Assembly (NCBI GenBank): GCA_964016885.1
Contig: OZ024741.1
Location: 244,900,001 to 244,964,000 of the forward strand
From: Eledone cirrhosa
Lineage: Eukaryota
DNA: 64,000 nt
Reading direction: 5' to 3'
A program made the position numbers and the translations under genes. Numbering within the stretch: position 1 is the stretch's first letter; every line of letters starts with the position of its first letter. The notes beneath the pieces were generated by a model, which saw only the letters and a list, made by a program, of their open reading frames with translations, was not told the DNA's origin and did not search any database. Positions 25,198-40,398 of this stretch are shown piece after piece.

Positions 25198-28100
25198 ACC
25201 ATTCGCCGGCGGACTTTGTTGACGTTTAACACGGTTTGGTTCCACAGCCACAACTATTGATTTTACGGAGATATCTTGCTGAAATTCACGCCACACATAG
25301 CCAATGAGTATCTGCACATGTACCAGTAATTACAGATCGATCCGACCGCGGGCGGCCGGCCCGCGATTAAAAAGGTAAATCCGCCGGCTAATTGTCATTT
25401 TTGGATTCGTTTTCTTCGAAGCACACCATTCGCCGGCGGACTTTGTTGACGTTTAACACGGTTTGGTTCCACAGCCACAACTATTGATTTTACGGAGATA
25501 TCTTGCTGAAATTCACGCCACACATAGCCAATGAGTGTCTGCACATGTACCAGTAATTACAGATCGATCCGACCACGGGCGGCCGGCCCGCGATTGAAAA
25601 GGTAAATCCGCCGGCTAATCGTCATTTTTGGATTCGTTTTCTTCGAAGCACACCATTCGCCGGCGGACTTTGTTGACATTTAACACGGTTTGGTTCCACA
25701 GCCACAACTATTGATTTTACGGAGATATCTTGCTGAAATTCACGCCACACATAGCCAATGCGTGTCTGCACATGTACCAGTAATTACAGATCGATCCGAC
25801 CACGGGCGGCCGGCCCGCGATTGAAAAGGTAAATCCGCCGGCTAATCGTCATTTTTGGATTCGTTTTCTTCGAAGCACACCATTCGCCGGCGGACTTTGT
25901 TGACGTTTAACACGGTTTGGTTCCACAGCCACAACTATTGATTTTACGGAGATATCTTGCTGAAATTCACGCCACACATAGCCAATGAGTATCTGCACAT
26001 GTACCAGTAATTACAGATCGATCCGACCGCGGGCGGCCGGCCCGCGATTAAAAAGGTAAATCCGCCGGCTAATTGTCATTTTTGGATTCGTTTTCTTCGA
26101 AGCACACCATTCGCCGGCGGACTTTGTTGACGTTTAACACGGTTTGGTTCCACAGCCACAACTATTGATTTTACGGAGATATCTTGCTGAAATTCACGCC
26201 ACACATAGCCAATGAGTGTCTGCACATGTACCAGTAATTACAGATCGATCCGACCACGGGCGGCCGGCCCGCGATTGAAAAGGTAAATCCGCCGGCTAAT
26301 CGTCATTTTTGGATTCGTTTTCTTCGAAGCACACCATTCGCCGGCGGACTTTGTTGACGTTTAACACGGTTTGGTTCCACAGCCACAACTATTGATTTTA
26401 CGGAGATATCTTGCTGAAATTCACGCCACACATAGCCAATGAGTGTCTGCACATGTACCAGTAATTACAGATCGATCCGACCACGGGCGGCCGGCCCGCG
26501 ATTGAAAAGGTAAATCCGCTGGCTAATCGTCATTTTTGGATTCGTTTTCTTCGAAGCACACCATTCGCCGGCGGACTTTGTTGACGTTTAACACGGTTTG
26601 GTTCCACAGCCACAACTATTGATTTTACGGAGATATCTTGCTGAAATTCACGCCACACATAGCCAATGAGTGTCTGCACATGTACCAGTAATTACAGATC
26701 GATCCGACCACGGGCGGCCGGCCCGCGATTGAAAAGGTAAATCCGCTGGCTAATCGTCATTTTTGGATTCGTTTTCTTCGAAGCACACCATTCGCCGGCG
26801 GACTTTGTTGACGTTTAACACGGTTTGGTTCCACAGCCACAACTATTGATTTTACGGAGATATCTTGCTGAAATTCACGCCACACATAGCCAATGGGTGT
26901 CTGCACATGTACCAGTAATTACAGATCGATCCGACCACGGGCGGCCGGCCCGCAATTGAAAAGGTAAATCCGCCGGCTAACCGTCATTTTTGGATTCGTT
27001 TTCTTCGAAGCACACCATTCGCCGGCGGACTTTGTTGACGTTTAACACGGTTTGGTTCCACAGCCACAACTATTGATTTTACGGAGATATCTTGCTGAAA
27101 TTCACGCCACACATAGCCAATGAGTGTCTGCACATGTACCAGTAATTACAGATCGATCCGACCACGGGCGGCCGGCCCGCGATTGAAAAGGTAAATCCGC
27201 CGGCTAATCGTCATTTTTGGATTCGTTTTCTTCGAAGCACACCATTCGCCGGCGGACTTTGTTGACGTTTAACACGGTTTGGTTCCACAGCCACAACTAT
27301 TGATTTTACGGAGATATCTTGCTGAAATTCACGCCACACATAGCCAATGAGTGTCTGCACATGTACCAGTAATTACAGATCGATCCGACCGCGGGCGGCC
27401 GGCCCGCGATTGAAAAGGTAAATCCGCCGGCTAATAGTCATTTTTGGATTCGTTTTCTTCGAAGCACACCATTCGCCGGCGGACTTTGTTGACGTTTAAC
27501 ACGGTTTGGTTCCACAGCCACAACTATTGATTTTACGGAGATATCTTGCTGAAATTCACGCCACACATAGCCAATGAGTATCTGCACATGTACCAGTAAT
27601 TACAGATCGATCCGACCGCGGGCGGCCGGCCCGCGATTAAAAAGGTAAATCCGCCGGCTAATCGTCATTTTTGGATTCGTTTTCTTCGAAGCACACCATT
27701 CGCCGGCGGACTTTGTTGACGTTTAACACCGTTTGGTTCCACAGCCACAACTATTGATTTTACGGAGATATCTTGCTGAAATTCACGCCACACATAGCCA
27801 ATGAGTGTCTGCACATGTACCAGTAATTACAGATCGATCCGACCACGGGCGGCCGGCCCGCGATTGAAAAGGTAAATCCGCCGGCTAATCGTCATTTTTG
27901 GATTCGTTTTCTTCGAAGCACACCATTCGCCGGCGGACTTTGTTGACGTTTAACACGGTTTGGTTCCACAGCCACAACTATTGATTTTACGGAGATATCT
28001 TGCTGAAATTCACGACACACATAGCCAATGTGAGTCTGCACATGTACCAGTAATTACAGATCGATCCGACCACGGGCGGCCGGCCCGCGATTGAAAAGGT

Positions 28101-30645
28101 AAATCCGCCGGCTAATCGTCATTTTTGGATTCGTTTTCTTCGAAGCACACCATTCGCCGGCGGACTTTGTTGACGTTTAACACGGTTTGGTTCCACAGCC
28201 ACAACTATTGATTTTACGGAGATATCTTGCTGAAATTCACGACACACATAGCCAATGTGAGTCTGCACATGTACCAGTAATTACAGATCGATCCGACCAC
28301 GGGCGGCCGGCCCGCGATTGAAAAGGTAAATCCGCCGGCTAATCGTCATTTTTGGATTCGTTTTCTTCGAAGCACACCATTCGCCGGCGGACTTTGTTGA
28401 CGTTTAACACGGTTTGGTTCCACAGCCACAACTATTGATTTTACGGAGATATCTTGCTGAAATTCACGCCACACATAGCCAATGAGTATCTGCACATGTA
28501 CCAGTAATTACAGATCGATCCGACCGCGGGCGGCCGGCCCGCGATTAAAAAGGTAAAACCGCCGGCTAATTGTCATTTTTGGATTCGTTTTCTTCGAAGC
28601 ACACCATTCGCCGGCGGACTTTGTTGACGTTTAACACGGTTTGGTTCCACAGCCACAACTATTGATTTTACGGAGATATCTTGCTGAAATTCACGCCACA
28701 CATAGCCAATGAGTATCTGCACATGTACCAGTAATTACAGATCGATCCGACCGCGGGCGGCCGGCCCGCGATTAAAAAGGTAAATCCGCCGGCTAATCGT
28801 CATTTTTGGATTCGTTTTCTTCGAAGCACACCATTCGCCGGCGGACTTTGTTGACGTTTAACACCGTTTGGTTCCACAGCCACAACTATTGATTTTACGG
28901 AGATATCTTGCTGAAATTCACGCCACACATAGCCAATGGGTGTCTGCACATGTACCAGTAATTACAGATCGATCCGACCACGGGCGGCCGGCCCGCGATT
29001 GAAAAGGTAAATCCGCCGGCTAACCGTCATTTTTGGATTCGTTTTCTTCGAAGCACACCATTCGCCGGCGGACTTTGTTGACGTTTAACACGGTTTGGTT
29101 CCACAGCCACAACTATTGATTTTACGGAGATATCTTGCTGAAATTCACGCCACACATAGCCAATGAGTGTCTGCACATGTACCAGTAATTACAGATCGAT
29201 CCGACCACGGGCGGCCGGCCCGCGATTGAAAAGGTAAATCCGCCGGCTAATCGTCATTTTTGGATTCGTTTTCTTCGAAGCACACCATTCGCCGGCGGAC
29301 TTTGTTGACGTTTAACACGGTTTGGTTCCACAGCCACAACTATTGATTTTACGGAGATATCTTGCTGAAATTCACGCCACACATAGCCAATGAGTGTCTG
29401 CACATGTACCAGTAATTACAGATCGATCCGACCGCGGGCGGCCGGCCCGCGATTGAAAAGGTAAATCCGCCGGCTAATAGTCATTTTTGGATTCGTTTTC
29501 TTCGAAGCACACCATTCGCCGGCGGACTTTGTTGACGTTTAACACGGTTTGGTTCCACAGCCACAACTATTGATTTTACGGAGATATCTTGCTGAAATTC
29601 ACGCCACACATAGCCAATGAGTATCTGCACATGTACCAGTAATTACAGATCGATCCGACCGCGGGCGGCCGGCCCGCGATTAAAAAGGTAAATCCGCCGG
29701 CTAATCGTCATTTTTGGATTCGTTTTCTTCGAAGCACACCATTCGCCGGCGGACTTTGTTGACGTTTAACACGGTTTGGTTCCACAGCCACAACTATTGA
29801 TTTTACGGAGATATCTTGCTGAAATTCACGCCACACATAGCCAATGAGTATCTGCACATGTACCAGTAATTACAGATCGATCCGACCGCGGGCGGCCGGC
29901 CCGCGATTGAAAAGGTAAATCCGCCGGCTAATCGTCATTTTTGGATTCGTTTTCTTCGAAGCACACCATTCGCCGGCGGACTTTGTTGACGTTTAACACG
30001 GTTTGGTTCCACAGCCACAACTATTGATTTTACGGAGATATCTTGCTGAAATTCACGACACACATAGCCAATGTGAGTCTGCACATGTACCAGTAATTAC
30101 AGATCGATCCGACCACGGGCGGCCGGCCCGCGATTGAAAAGGTAAATCCGCCGGCTAATCGTCATTTTTGGATTCGTTTTCTTCGAAGCACACCATTCGC
30201 CGGCGGACTTTGTTGACATTTAACACGGTTTGGTTCCACAGCCACAACTATTGATTTTACGGAGATATCTTGCTGAAATTCACGCCACACATAGCCAATG
30301 AGTGTCTGCACATGTACCAGTAATTACAGATCGATCCGACCACGGGCGGCCGGCCCGCGATTGAAAAGGTAAATCCGCCGGCTAATCGTCATTTTTGGAT
30401 TCGTTTTCTTCGAAGCACACCATTCGCCGGCGGACTTTGTTGACGTTTAACACGGTTTGGTTCCACAGCCACAACTATTGATTTTACGGAGATATCTTGC
30501 TGAAATTCACGCCACACATAGCCAATGAGTATCTGCACATGTACCAGTAATTACAGATCGATCCGACCGCGGGCGGCCGGCCCGCGATTAAAAAGGTAAA
30601 TCCGCCGGCTAATTGTCATTTTTGGATTCGTTTTCTTCGAAGCAC

Positions 30646-30868
30646 ACCATTCGCCGGCGGACTTGACGTTTAACACGGTTTGGTTCCACAGCCACAACTA
30701 TTGATTTTACGGAGATATCTTGCTGAAATTCACGCCACACATAGCCAATGAGTGTCTGCACATGTACCAGTAATTACAGATCGATCCGACCACGGGCGGC
30801 CGGCCCGCGATTGAAAAGGTAAATCCGCCGGCTAATCGTCATTTTTGGATTCGTTTTCTTCGAAGCAC
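30646..30868 (+). repeat. 223-bp monomer with a 4-bp deletion (GACTTTGTTGAC to GACTTGAC)
   Basis: GGACTTGACGTTT at ~30659-30671; downstream register shifts by 4. Confidence 0.97.
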
Positions 30869-33819
30869 ACCATTAGCCGGCGGACTTTGTTGACATTTAA
30901 CACGGTTTGGTTCCACAGCCACAACTATTGATTTTACGGAGATATCTTGCTGAAATTCACGCCACACATAGACAATGAGTGTCTGCCCATGTACCAGTAA
31001 TTACAGATCGATCCGACCACGGGCGGCCGGCCCGCGATTGAAAAGGTAAATCCGCCGGCTAATCGTCATTTTTGGATTCGTTTTCTTCGAAGCACACCAT
31101 TCGCCGGCGGACTTTGTTGACGTTTAACACGGTTTGGTTCCACAGCCACAACTATTGATTTTACGGAGATATCTTGCTGAAATTCACGCCACACATAGCC
31201 AATGAGTGTCTGCACATGTACCAGTAATTACAGATCGATCCGACCACGGGCGGCCGGCCCGCGATTGAAAAGGTAAATCCGCTGGCTAATCGTCATTTTT
31301 GGATTCGTTTTCTTCGAAGCACACCATTCGCCGGCGGACTTTGTTGACGTTTAACACGGTTTGGTTCCACAGCCACAACTATTGATTTTACGGAGATATC
31401 TTGCTGAAATTCACGCCACACATAGCCAATGAGTATCTGCACATGTACCAGTAATTACAGATCGATCCGACCGCGGGCGGCCGGCCCGCGATTAAAAAGG
31501 TAAAACCGCCGGCTAATTGTCATTTTTGGATTCGTTTTCTTCGAAGCACACCATTCGCCGGCGGACTTTGTTGACGTTTAACACGGTTTGGTTCCACAGC
31601 CACAACTATTGATTTTACGGAGATATCTTGCTGAAATTCACGACACACATAGCCAATGTGAGTCTGCACATGTACCAGTAATTACAGATCGATCCGACCA
31701 CGGGCGGCCGGCCCGCGATTGAAAAGGTAAATCCGCCGGCTAATCGTCATTTTTGGATTCGTTTTCTTCGAAGCACACCATTCGCCGGCGGACTTTGTTG
31801 ACGTTTAACACCGTTTGGTTCCACAGCCACAACTATTGATTTTACGGAGATATCTTGCTGAAATTCACGCCACACATAGCCAATGGGTGTCTGCACATGT
31901 ACCAGTAATTACAGATCGATCCGACCACGGGCGGCCGGCCCGCGATTGAAAAGGTAAATCCGCCGGCTAACCGTCATTTTTGGATTCGTTTTCTTCGAAG
32001 CACACCATTCGCCGGCGGACTTTGTTGACGTTTAACACGGTTTGGTTCCACAGCCACAACTATTGATTTTACGGAGATATCTTGCTGAAATTCACGCCAC
32101 ACATAGCCAATGAGTGTCTGCACATGTACCAGTAATTACAGATCGATCCGACCACGGGCGGCCGGCCCGCGATTGAAAAGGTAAATCCGCCGGCTAATCG
32201 TCATTTTTGGATTCGTTTTCTTCGAAGCACACCATTCGCCGGCGGACTTTGTTGACGTTTAACACGGTTTGGTTCCACAGCCACAACTATTGATTTTACG
32301 GAGATATCTTGCTGAAATTCACGCCACACATAGCCAATGAGTGTCTGCACATGTACCAGTAATTACAGATCGATCCGACCGCGGGCGGCCGGCCCGCGAT
32401 TGAAAAGGTAAATCCGCCGGCTAATAGTCATTTTTGGATTCGTTTTCTTCGAAGCACACCATTCGCCGGCGGACTTTGTTGACGTTTAACACGGTTTGGT
32501 TCCACAGCCACAACTATTGATTTTACGGAGATATCTTGCTGAAATTCACGCCACACATAGCCAATGAGTATCTGCACATGTACCAGTAATTACAGATCGA
32601 TCCGACCGCGGGCGGCCGGCCCGCGATTAAAAAGGTAAATCCGCCGGCTAATCGTCATTTTTGGATTCGTTTTCTTCGAAGCACACCATTCGCCGGCGGA
32701 CTTTGTTGACGTTTAACACCGTTTGGTTCCACAGCCACAACTATTGATTTTACGGAGATATCTTGCTGAAATTCACGCCACACATAGCCAATGAGTGTCT
32801 GCACATGTACCAGTAATTACAGATCGATCCGACCACGGGCGGCCGGCCCGCGATTGAAAAGGTAAATCCACCGGCTAATCGTCATTTTTGGATTCGTTTT
32901 CTTCGAAGCACACCATTCGCCGGCGGACTTTGTTGACGTTTAACACGGTTTGGTTCCACAGCCACAACTATTGATTTTACGGAGATATCTTGCTGAAATT
33001 CACGCCACACATAGCCAATGAGTATCTGCACATGTACCAGTAATTACAGATCGATCCGACCGCGGGCGGCCGGCCCGCGATTGAAAAGGTAAATCCGCCG
33101 GCTAATCGTCATTTTTGGATTCGTTTTCTTCGAAGCACACCATTCGCCGGCGGACTTTGTTGACGTTTAACACGGTTTGGTTCCACAGCCACAACTATTG
33201 ATTTTACGGAGATATCTTGCTGAAATTCACGACACACATAGCCAATGTGAGTCTGCACATGTACCAGTAATTACAGATCGATCCGACCACGGGCGGCCGG
33301 CCCGCGATTGAAAAGGTAAATCCGCCGGCTAATCGTCATTTTTGGATTCGTTTTCTTCGAAGCACACCATTCGCCGGCGGACTTTGTTGACATTTAACAC
33401 GGTTTGGTTCCACAGCCACAACTATTGATTTTACGGAGATATCTTGCTGAAATTCACGCCACACATAGCCAATGAGTGTCTGCACATGTACCAGTAATTA
33501 CAGATCGATCCGACCACGGGCGGCCGGCCCGCGATTGAAAAGGTAAATCCGCCGGCTAATCGTCATTTTTGGATTCGTTTTCTTCGAAGCACACCATTCG
33601 CCGGCGGACTTTGTTGACGTTTAACACGGTTTGGTTCCACAGCCACAACTATTGATTTTACGGAGATATCTTGCTGAAATTCACGCCACACATAGCCAAT
33701 GAGTATCTGCACATGTACCAGTAATTACAGATCGATCCGACCGCGGGCGGCCGGCCCGCGATTAAAAAGGTAAATCCGCCGGCTAATTGTCATTTTTGGA
33801 TTCGTTTTCTTCGAAGCAC

Positions 33820-34042
33820 ACCATTCGCCGGCGGACTTGACGTTTAACACGGTTTGGTTCCACAGCCACAACTATTGATTTTACGGAGATATCTTGCTGA
33901 AATTCACGCCACACATAGCCAATGAGTGTCTGCACATGTACCAGTAATTACAGATCGATCCGACCACGGGCGGCCGGCCCGCGATTGAAAAGGTAAATCC
34001 GCCGGCTAATCGTCATTTTTGGATTCGTTTTCTTCGAAGCAC
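33820..34042 (+). repeat. 223-bp monomer with the same 4-bp deletion
   Basis: GGACTTGACGTTT at ~33833-33845. Confidence 0.97.
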
Positions 34043-37000
34043 ACCATTAGCCGGCGGACTTTGTTGACATTTAACACGGTTTGGTTCCACAGCCACAACT
34101 ATTGATTTTACGGAGATATCTTGCTGAAATTCACGCCACACATAGCCAATGAGTGTCTGCACATGTACCAGTAATTACAGATCGATCCGACCACGGGCGG
34201 CCGGCCCGCGATTGAAAAGGTAAATCCGCCGGCTAATCGTCATTTTTGGATTCGTTTTCTTCGAAGCACACCATTCGCCGGCGGACTTTGTTGACGTTTA
34301 ACACGGTTTGGTTCCACAGCCACAACTATTGATTTTACGGAGATATCTTGCTGAAATTCACGCCACACATAGCCAATGAGTGTCTGCACATGTACCAGTA
34401 ATTACAGATCGATCCGACCACGGGCGGCCGGCCCGCGATTGAAAAGGTAAATCCGCTGGCTAATCGTCATTTTTGGATTCGTTTTCTTCGAAGCACACCA
34501 TTCGCCGGCGGACTTTGTTGACGTTTAACACGGTTTGGTTCCACAGCCACAACTATTGATTTTACGGAGATATCTTGCTGAAATTCACGCCACACATAGC
34601 CAATGAGTATCTGCACATGTACCAGTAATTACAGATCGATCCGACCGCGGGCGGCCGGCCCGCGATTAAAAAGGTAAAACCGCCGGCTAATTGTCATTTT
34701 TGGATTCGTTTTCTTCGAAGCACACCATTCGCCGGCGGACTTTGTTGACGTTTAACACGGTTTGGTTCCACAGCCACAACTATTGATTTTACGGAGATAT
34801 CTTGCTGAAATTCACGACACACATAGCCAATGTGAGTCTGCACATGTACCAGTAATTACAGATCGATCCGACCACGGGCGGCCGGCCCGCGATTGAAAAG
34901 GTAAATCCGCCGGCTAATCGTCATTTTTGGATTCGTTTTCTTCGAAGCACACCATTCGCCGGCGGACTTTGTTGACGTTTAACACCGTTTGGTTCCACAG
35001 CCACAACTATTGATTTTACGGAGATATCTTGCTGAAATTCACGCCACACATAGCCAATGGGTGTCTGCACATGTACCAGTAATTACAGATCGATCCGACC
35101 ACGGGCGGCCGGCCCGCGATTGAAAAGGTAAATCCGCCGGCTAACCGTCATTTTTGGATTCGTTTTCTTCGAAGCACACCATTCGCCGGCGGACTTTGTT
35201 GACGTTTAACACGGTTTGGTTCCACAGCCACAACTATTGATTTTACGGAGATATCTTGCTGAAATTCACGCCACACATAGCCAATGAGTGTCTGCACATG
35301 TACCAGTAATTACAGATCGATCCGACCGCGGGCGGCCGGCCCGCGATTGAAAAGGTAAATCCGCCGGCTAATCGTCATTTTTGGATTCGTTTTCTTCGAA
35401 GCACACCATTCGCCGGCGGACTTTGTTGACATTTAACACGGTTTGGTTCCACAGCCACAACTATTGATTTTACGGAGATATCTTGCTGAAATTCACGCCA
35501 CACATAGCCAATGCGTGTCTGCACATGTACCAGTAATTACAGATCGATCCGACCACGGGCGGCCGGCCCGCGATTGAAAAGGTAAATCCGCCGGCTAATC
35601 GTCATTTTTGGATTCGTTTTCTTCGAAGCACACCATTCGCCGGCGGACTTTGTTGACGTTTAACACGGTTTGGTTCCACAGCCACAACTATTGATTTTAC
35701 GGAGATATCTTGCTGAAATTCACGCCACACATAGCCAATGAGTATCTGCACATGTACCAGTAATTACAGATCGATCCGACCGCGGGCGGCCGGCCCGCGA
35801 TTAAAAAGGTAAATCCGCCGGCTAATTGTCATTTTTGGATTCGTTTTCTTCGAAGCACACCATTCGCCGGCGGACTTTGTTGACGTTTAACACGGTTTGG
35901 TTCCACAGCCACAACTATTGATTTTACGGAGATATCTTGCTGAAATTCACGCCACACATAGCCAATGAGTGTCTGCACATGTACCAGTAATTACAGATCG
36001 ATCCGACCACGGGCGGCCGGCCCGCGATTGAAAAGGTAAATCCGCCGGCTAATCGTCATTTTTGGATTCGTTTTCTTCGAAGCACACCATTCGCCGGCGG
36101 ACTTTGTTGACGTTTAACACGGTTTGGTTCCACAGCCACAACTATTGATTTTACGGAGATATCTTGCTGAAATTCACGCCACACATAGCCAATGAGTGTC
36201 TGCACATGTACCAGTAATTACAGATCGATCCGACCACGGGCGGCCGGCCCGCGATTGAAAAGGTAAATCCGCTGGCTAATCGTCATTTTTGGATTCGTTT
36301 TCTTCGAAGCACACCATTCGCCGGCGGACTTTGTTGACGTTTAACACGGTTTGGTTCCACAGCCACAACTATTGATTTTACGGAGATATCTTGCTGAAAT
36401 TCACGCCACACATAGCCAATGAGTGTCTGCACATGTACCAGTAATTACAGATCGATCCGACCACGGGCGGCCGGCCCGCGATTGAAAAGGTAAATCCGCT
36501 GGCTAATCGTCATTTTTGGATTCGTTTTCTTCGAAGCACACCATTCGCCGGCGGACTTTGTTGACGTTTAACACGGTTTGGTTCCACAGCCACAACTATT
36601 GATTTTACGGAGATATCTTGCTGAAATTCACGCCACACATAGCCAATGGGTGTCTGCACATGTACCAGTAATTACAGATCGATCCGACCACGGGCGGCCG
36701 GCCCGCGATTGAAAAGGTAAATCCGCCGGCTAACCGTCATTTTTGGATTCGTTTTCTTCGAAGCACACCATTCGCCGGCGGACTTTGTTGACGTTTAACA
36801 CGGTTTGGTTCCACAGCCACAACTATTGATTTTACGGAGATATCTTGCTGAAATTCACGCCACACATAGCCAATGAGTGTCTGCACATGTACCAGTAATT
36901 ACAGATCGATCCGACCGCGGGCGGCCGGCCCGCGATTGAAAAGGTAAATCCGCCGGCTAATAGTCATTTTTGGATTCGTTTTCTTCGAAGCACACCATTC

Positions 37001-40000
37001 GCCGGCGGACTTTGTTGACGTTTAACACGGTTTGGTTCCACAGCCACAACTATTGATTTTACGGAGATATCTTGCTGAAATTCACGCCACACATAGCCAA
37101 TGAGTATCTGCACATGTACCAGTAATTACAGATCGATCCGACCGCGGGCGGCCGGCCCGCGATTAAAAAGGTAAATCCGCCGGCTAATCGTCATTTTTGG
37201 ATTCGTTTTCTTCGAAGCACACCATTCGCCGGCGGACTTTGTTGACGTTTAACACCGTTTGGTTCCACAGCCACAACTATTGATTTTACGGAGATATCTT
37301 GCTGAAATTCACGCCACACATAGCCAATGAGTGTCTGCACATGTACCAGTAATTACAGATCGATCCGACCACGGGCGGCCGGCCCGCGATTGAAAAGGTA
37401 AATCCGCCGGCTAATCGTCATTTTTGGATTCGTTTTCTTCGAAGCACACCATTCGCCGGCGGACTTTGTTGACGTTTAACACGGTTTGGTTCCACAGCCA
37501 CAACTATTGATTTTACGGAGATATCTTGCTGAAATTCACGACACACATAGCCAATGTGAGTCTGCACATGTACCAGTAATTACAGATCGATCCGACCACG
37601 GGCGGCCGGCCCGCGATTGAAAAGGTAAATCCGCCGGCTAATCGTCATTTTTGGATTCGTTTTCTTCGAAGCACACCATTCGCCGGCGGACTTTGTTGAC
37701 GTTTAACACGGTTTGGTTCCACAGCCACAACTATTGATTTTACGGAGATATCTTGCTGAAATTCACGACACACATAGCCAATGTGAGTCTGCACATGTAC
37801 CAGTAATTACAGATCGATCCGACCACGGGCGGCCGGCCCGCGATTGAAAAGGTAAATCCGCCGGCTAATCGTCATTTTTGGATTCGTTTTCTTCGAAGCA
37901 CACCATTCGCCGGCGGACTTTGTTGACGTTTAACACGGTTTGGTTCCACAGCCACAACTATTGATTTTACGGAGATATCTTGCTGAAATTCACGCCACAC
38001 ATAGCCAATGAGTATCTGCACATGTACCAGTAATTACAGATCGATCCGACCGCGGGCGGCCGGCCCGCGATTAAAAAGGTAAAACCGCCGGCTAATTGTC
38101 ATTTTTGGATTCGTTTTCTTCGAAGCACACCATTCGCCGGCGGACTTTGTTGACGTTTAACACGGTTTGGTTCCACAGCCACAACTATTGATTTTACGGA
38201 GATATCTTGCTGAAATTCACGCCACACATAGCCAATGAGTATCTGCACATGTACCAGTAATTACAGATCGATCCGACCGCGGGCGGCCGGCCCGCGATTA
38301 AAAAGGTAAATCCGCCGGCTAATCGTCATTTTTGGATTCGTTTTCTTCGAAGCACACCATTCGCCGGCGGACTTTGTTGACGTTTAACACCGTTTGGTTC
38401 CACAGCCACAACTATTGATTTTACGGAGATATCTTGCTGAAATTCACGCCACACATAGCCAATGGGTGTCTGCACATGTACCAGTAATTACAGATCGATC
38501 CGACCACGGGCGGCCGGCCCGCGATTGAAAAGGTAAATCCGCCGGCTAACCGTCATTTTTGGATTCGTTTTCTTCGAAGCACACCATTCGCCGGCGGACT
38601 TTGTTGACGTTTAACACGGTTTGGTTCCACAGCCACAACTATTGATTTTACGGAGATATCTTGCTGAAATTCACGCCACACATAGCCAATGAGTGTCTGC
38701 ACATGTACCAGTAATTACAGATCGATCCGACCACGGGCGGCCGGCCCGCGATTGAAAAGGTAAATCCGCCGGCTAATCGTCATTTTTGGATTCGTTTTCT
38801 TCGAAGCACACCATTCGCCGGCGGACTTTGTTGACGTTTAACACGGTTTGGTTCCACAGCCACAACTATTGATTTTACGGAGATATCTTGCTGAAATTCA
38901 CGCCACACATAGCCAATGAGTGTCTGCACATGTACCAGTAATTACAGATCGATCCGACCGCGGGCGGCCGGCCCGCGATTGAAAAGGTAAATCCGCCGGC
39001 TAATAGTCATTTTTGGATTCGTTTTCTTCGAAGCACACCATTCGCCGGCGGACTTTGTTGACGTTTAACACGGTTTGGTTCCACAGCCACAACTATTGAT
39101 TTTACGGAGATATCTTGCTGAAATTCACGCCACACATAGCCAATGAGTATCTGCACATGTACCAGTAATTACAGATCGATCCGACCGCGGGCGGCCGGCC
39201 CGCGATTAAAAAGGTAAATCCGCCGGCTAATCGTCATTTTTGGATTCGTTTTCTTCGAAGCACACCATTCGCCGGCGGACTTTGTTGACGTTTAACACCG
39301 TTTGGTTCCACAGCCACAACTATTGATTTTACGGAGATATCTTGCTGAAATTCACGCCACACATAGCCAATGAGTGTCTGCACATGTACCAGTAATTACA
39401 GATCGATCCGACCACGGGCGGCCGGCCCGCGATTGAAAAGGTAAATCCGCCGGCTAATCGTCATTTTTGGATTCGTTTTCTTCGAAGCACACCATTCGCC
39501 GGCGGACTTTGTTGACGTTTAACACGGTTTGGTTCCACAGCCACAACTATTGATTTTACGGAGATATCTTGCTGAAATTCACGCCACACATAGCCAATGA
39601 GTATCTGCACATGTACCAGTAATTACAGATCGATCCGACCGCGGGCGGCCGGCCCGCGATTGAAAAGGTAAATCCGCCGGCTAATCGTCATTTTTGGATT
39701 CGTTTTCTTCGAAGCACACCATTCGCCGGCGGACTTTGTTGACGTTTAACACGGTTTGGTTCCACAGCCACAACTATTGATTTTACGGAGATATCTTGCT
39801 GAAATTCACGACACACATAGCCAATGTGAGTCTGCACATGTACCAGTAATTACAGATCGATCCGACCACGGGCGGCCGGCCCGCGATTGAAAAGGTAAAT
39901 CCGCCGGCTAATCGTCATTTTTGGATTCGTTTTCTTCGAAGCACACCATTCGCCGGCGGACTTTGTTGACATTTAACACGGTTTGGTTCCACAGCCACAA

Positions 40001-40398
40001 CTATTGATTTTACGGAGATATCTTGCTGAAATTCACGCCACACATAGCCAATGAGTGTCTGCACATGTACCAGTAATTACAGATCGATCCGACCACGGGC
40101 GGCCGGCCCGCGATTGAAAAGGTAAATCCGCCGGCTAATCGTCATTTTTGGATTCGTTTTCTTCGAAGCACACCATTCGCCGGCGGACTTTGTTGACGTT
40201 TAACACGGTTTGGTTCCACAGCCACAACTATTGATTTTACGGAGATATCTTGCTGAAATTCACGCCACACATAGCCAATGAGTATCTGCACATGTACCAG
40301 TAATTACAGATCGATCCGACCGCGGGCGGCCGGCCCGCGATTAAAAAGGTAAATCCGCCGGCTAATTGTCATTTTTGGATTCGTTTTCTTCGAAGCAC

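Larger units (their letters stand above)
29738..35177 (+). repeat. Duplication at a 14-monomer offset (3174 bp): 29738-32003 matches 32912-35177
   Basis: The 4-bp deletion, C7A (30875, 34049), C188T and G36C+A110G monomers occur in the same order in both blocks. Confidence 0.9.
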
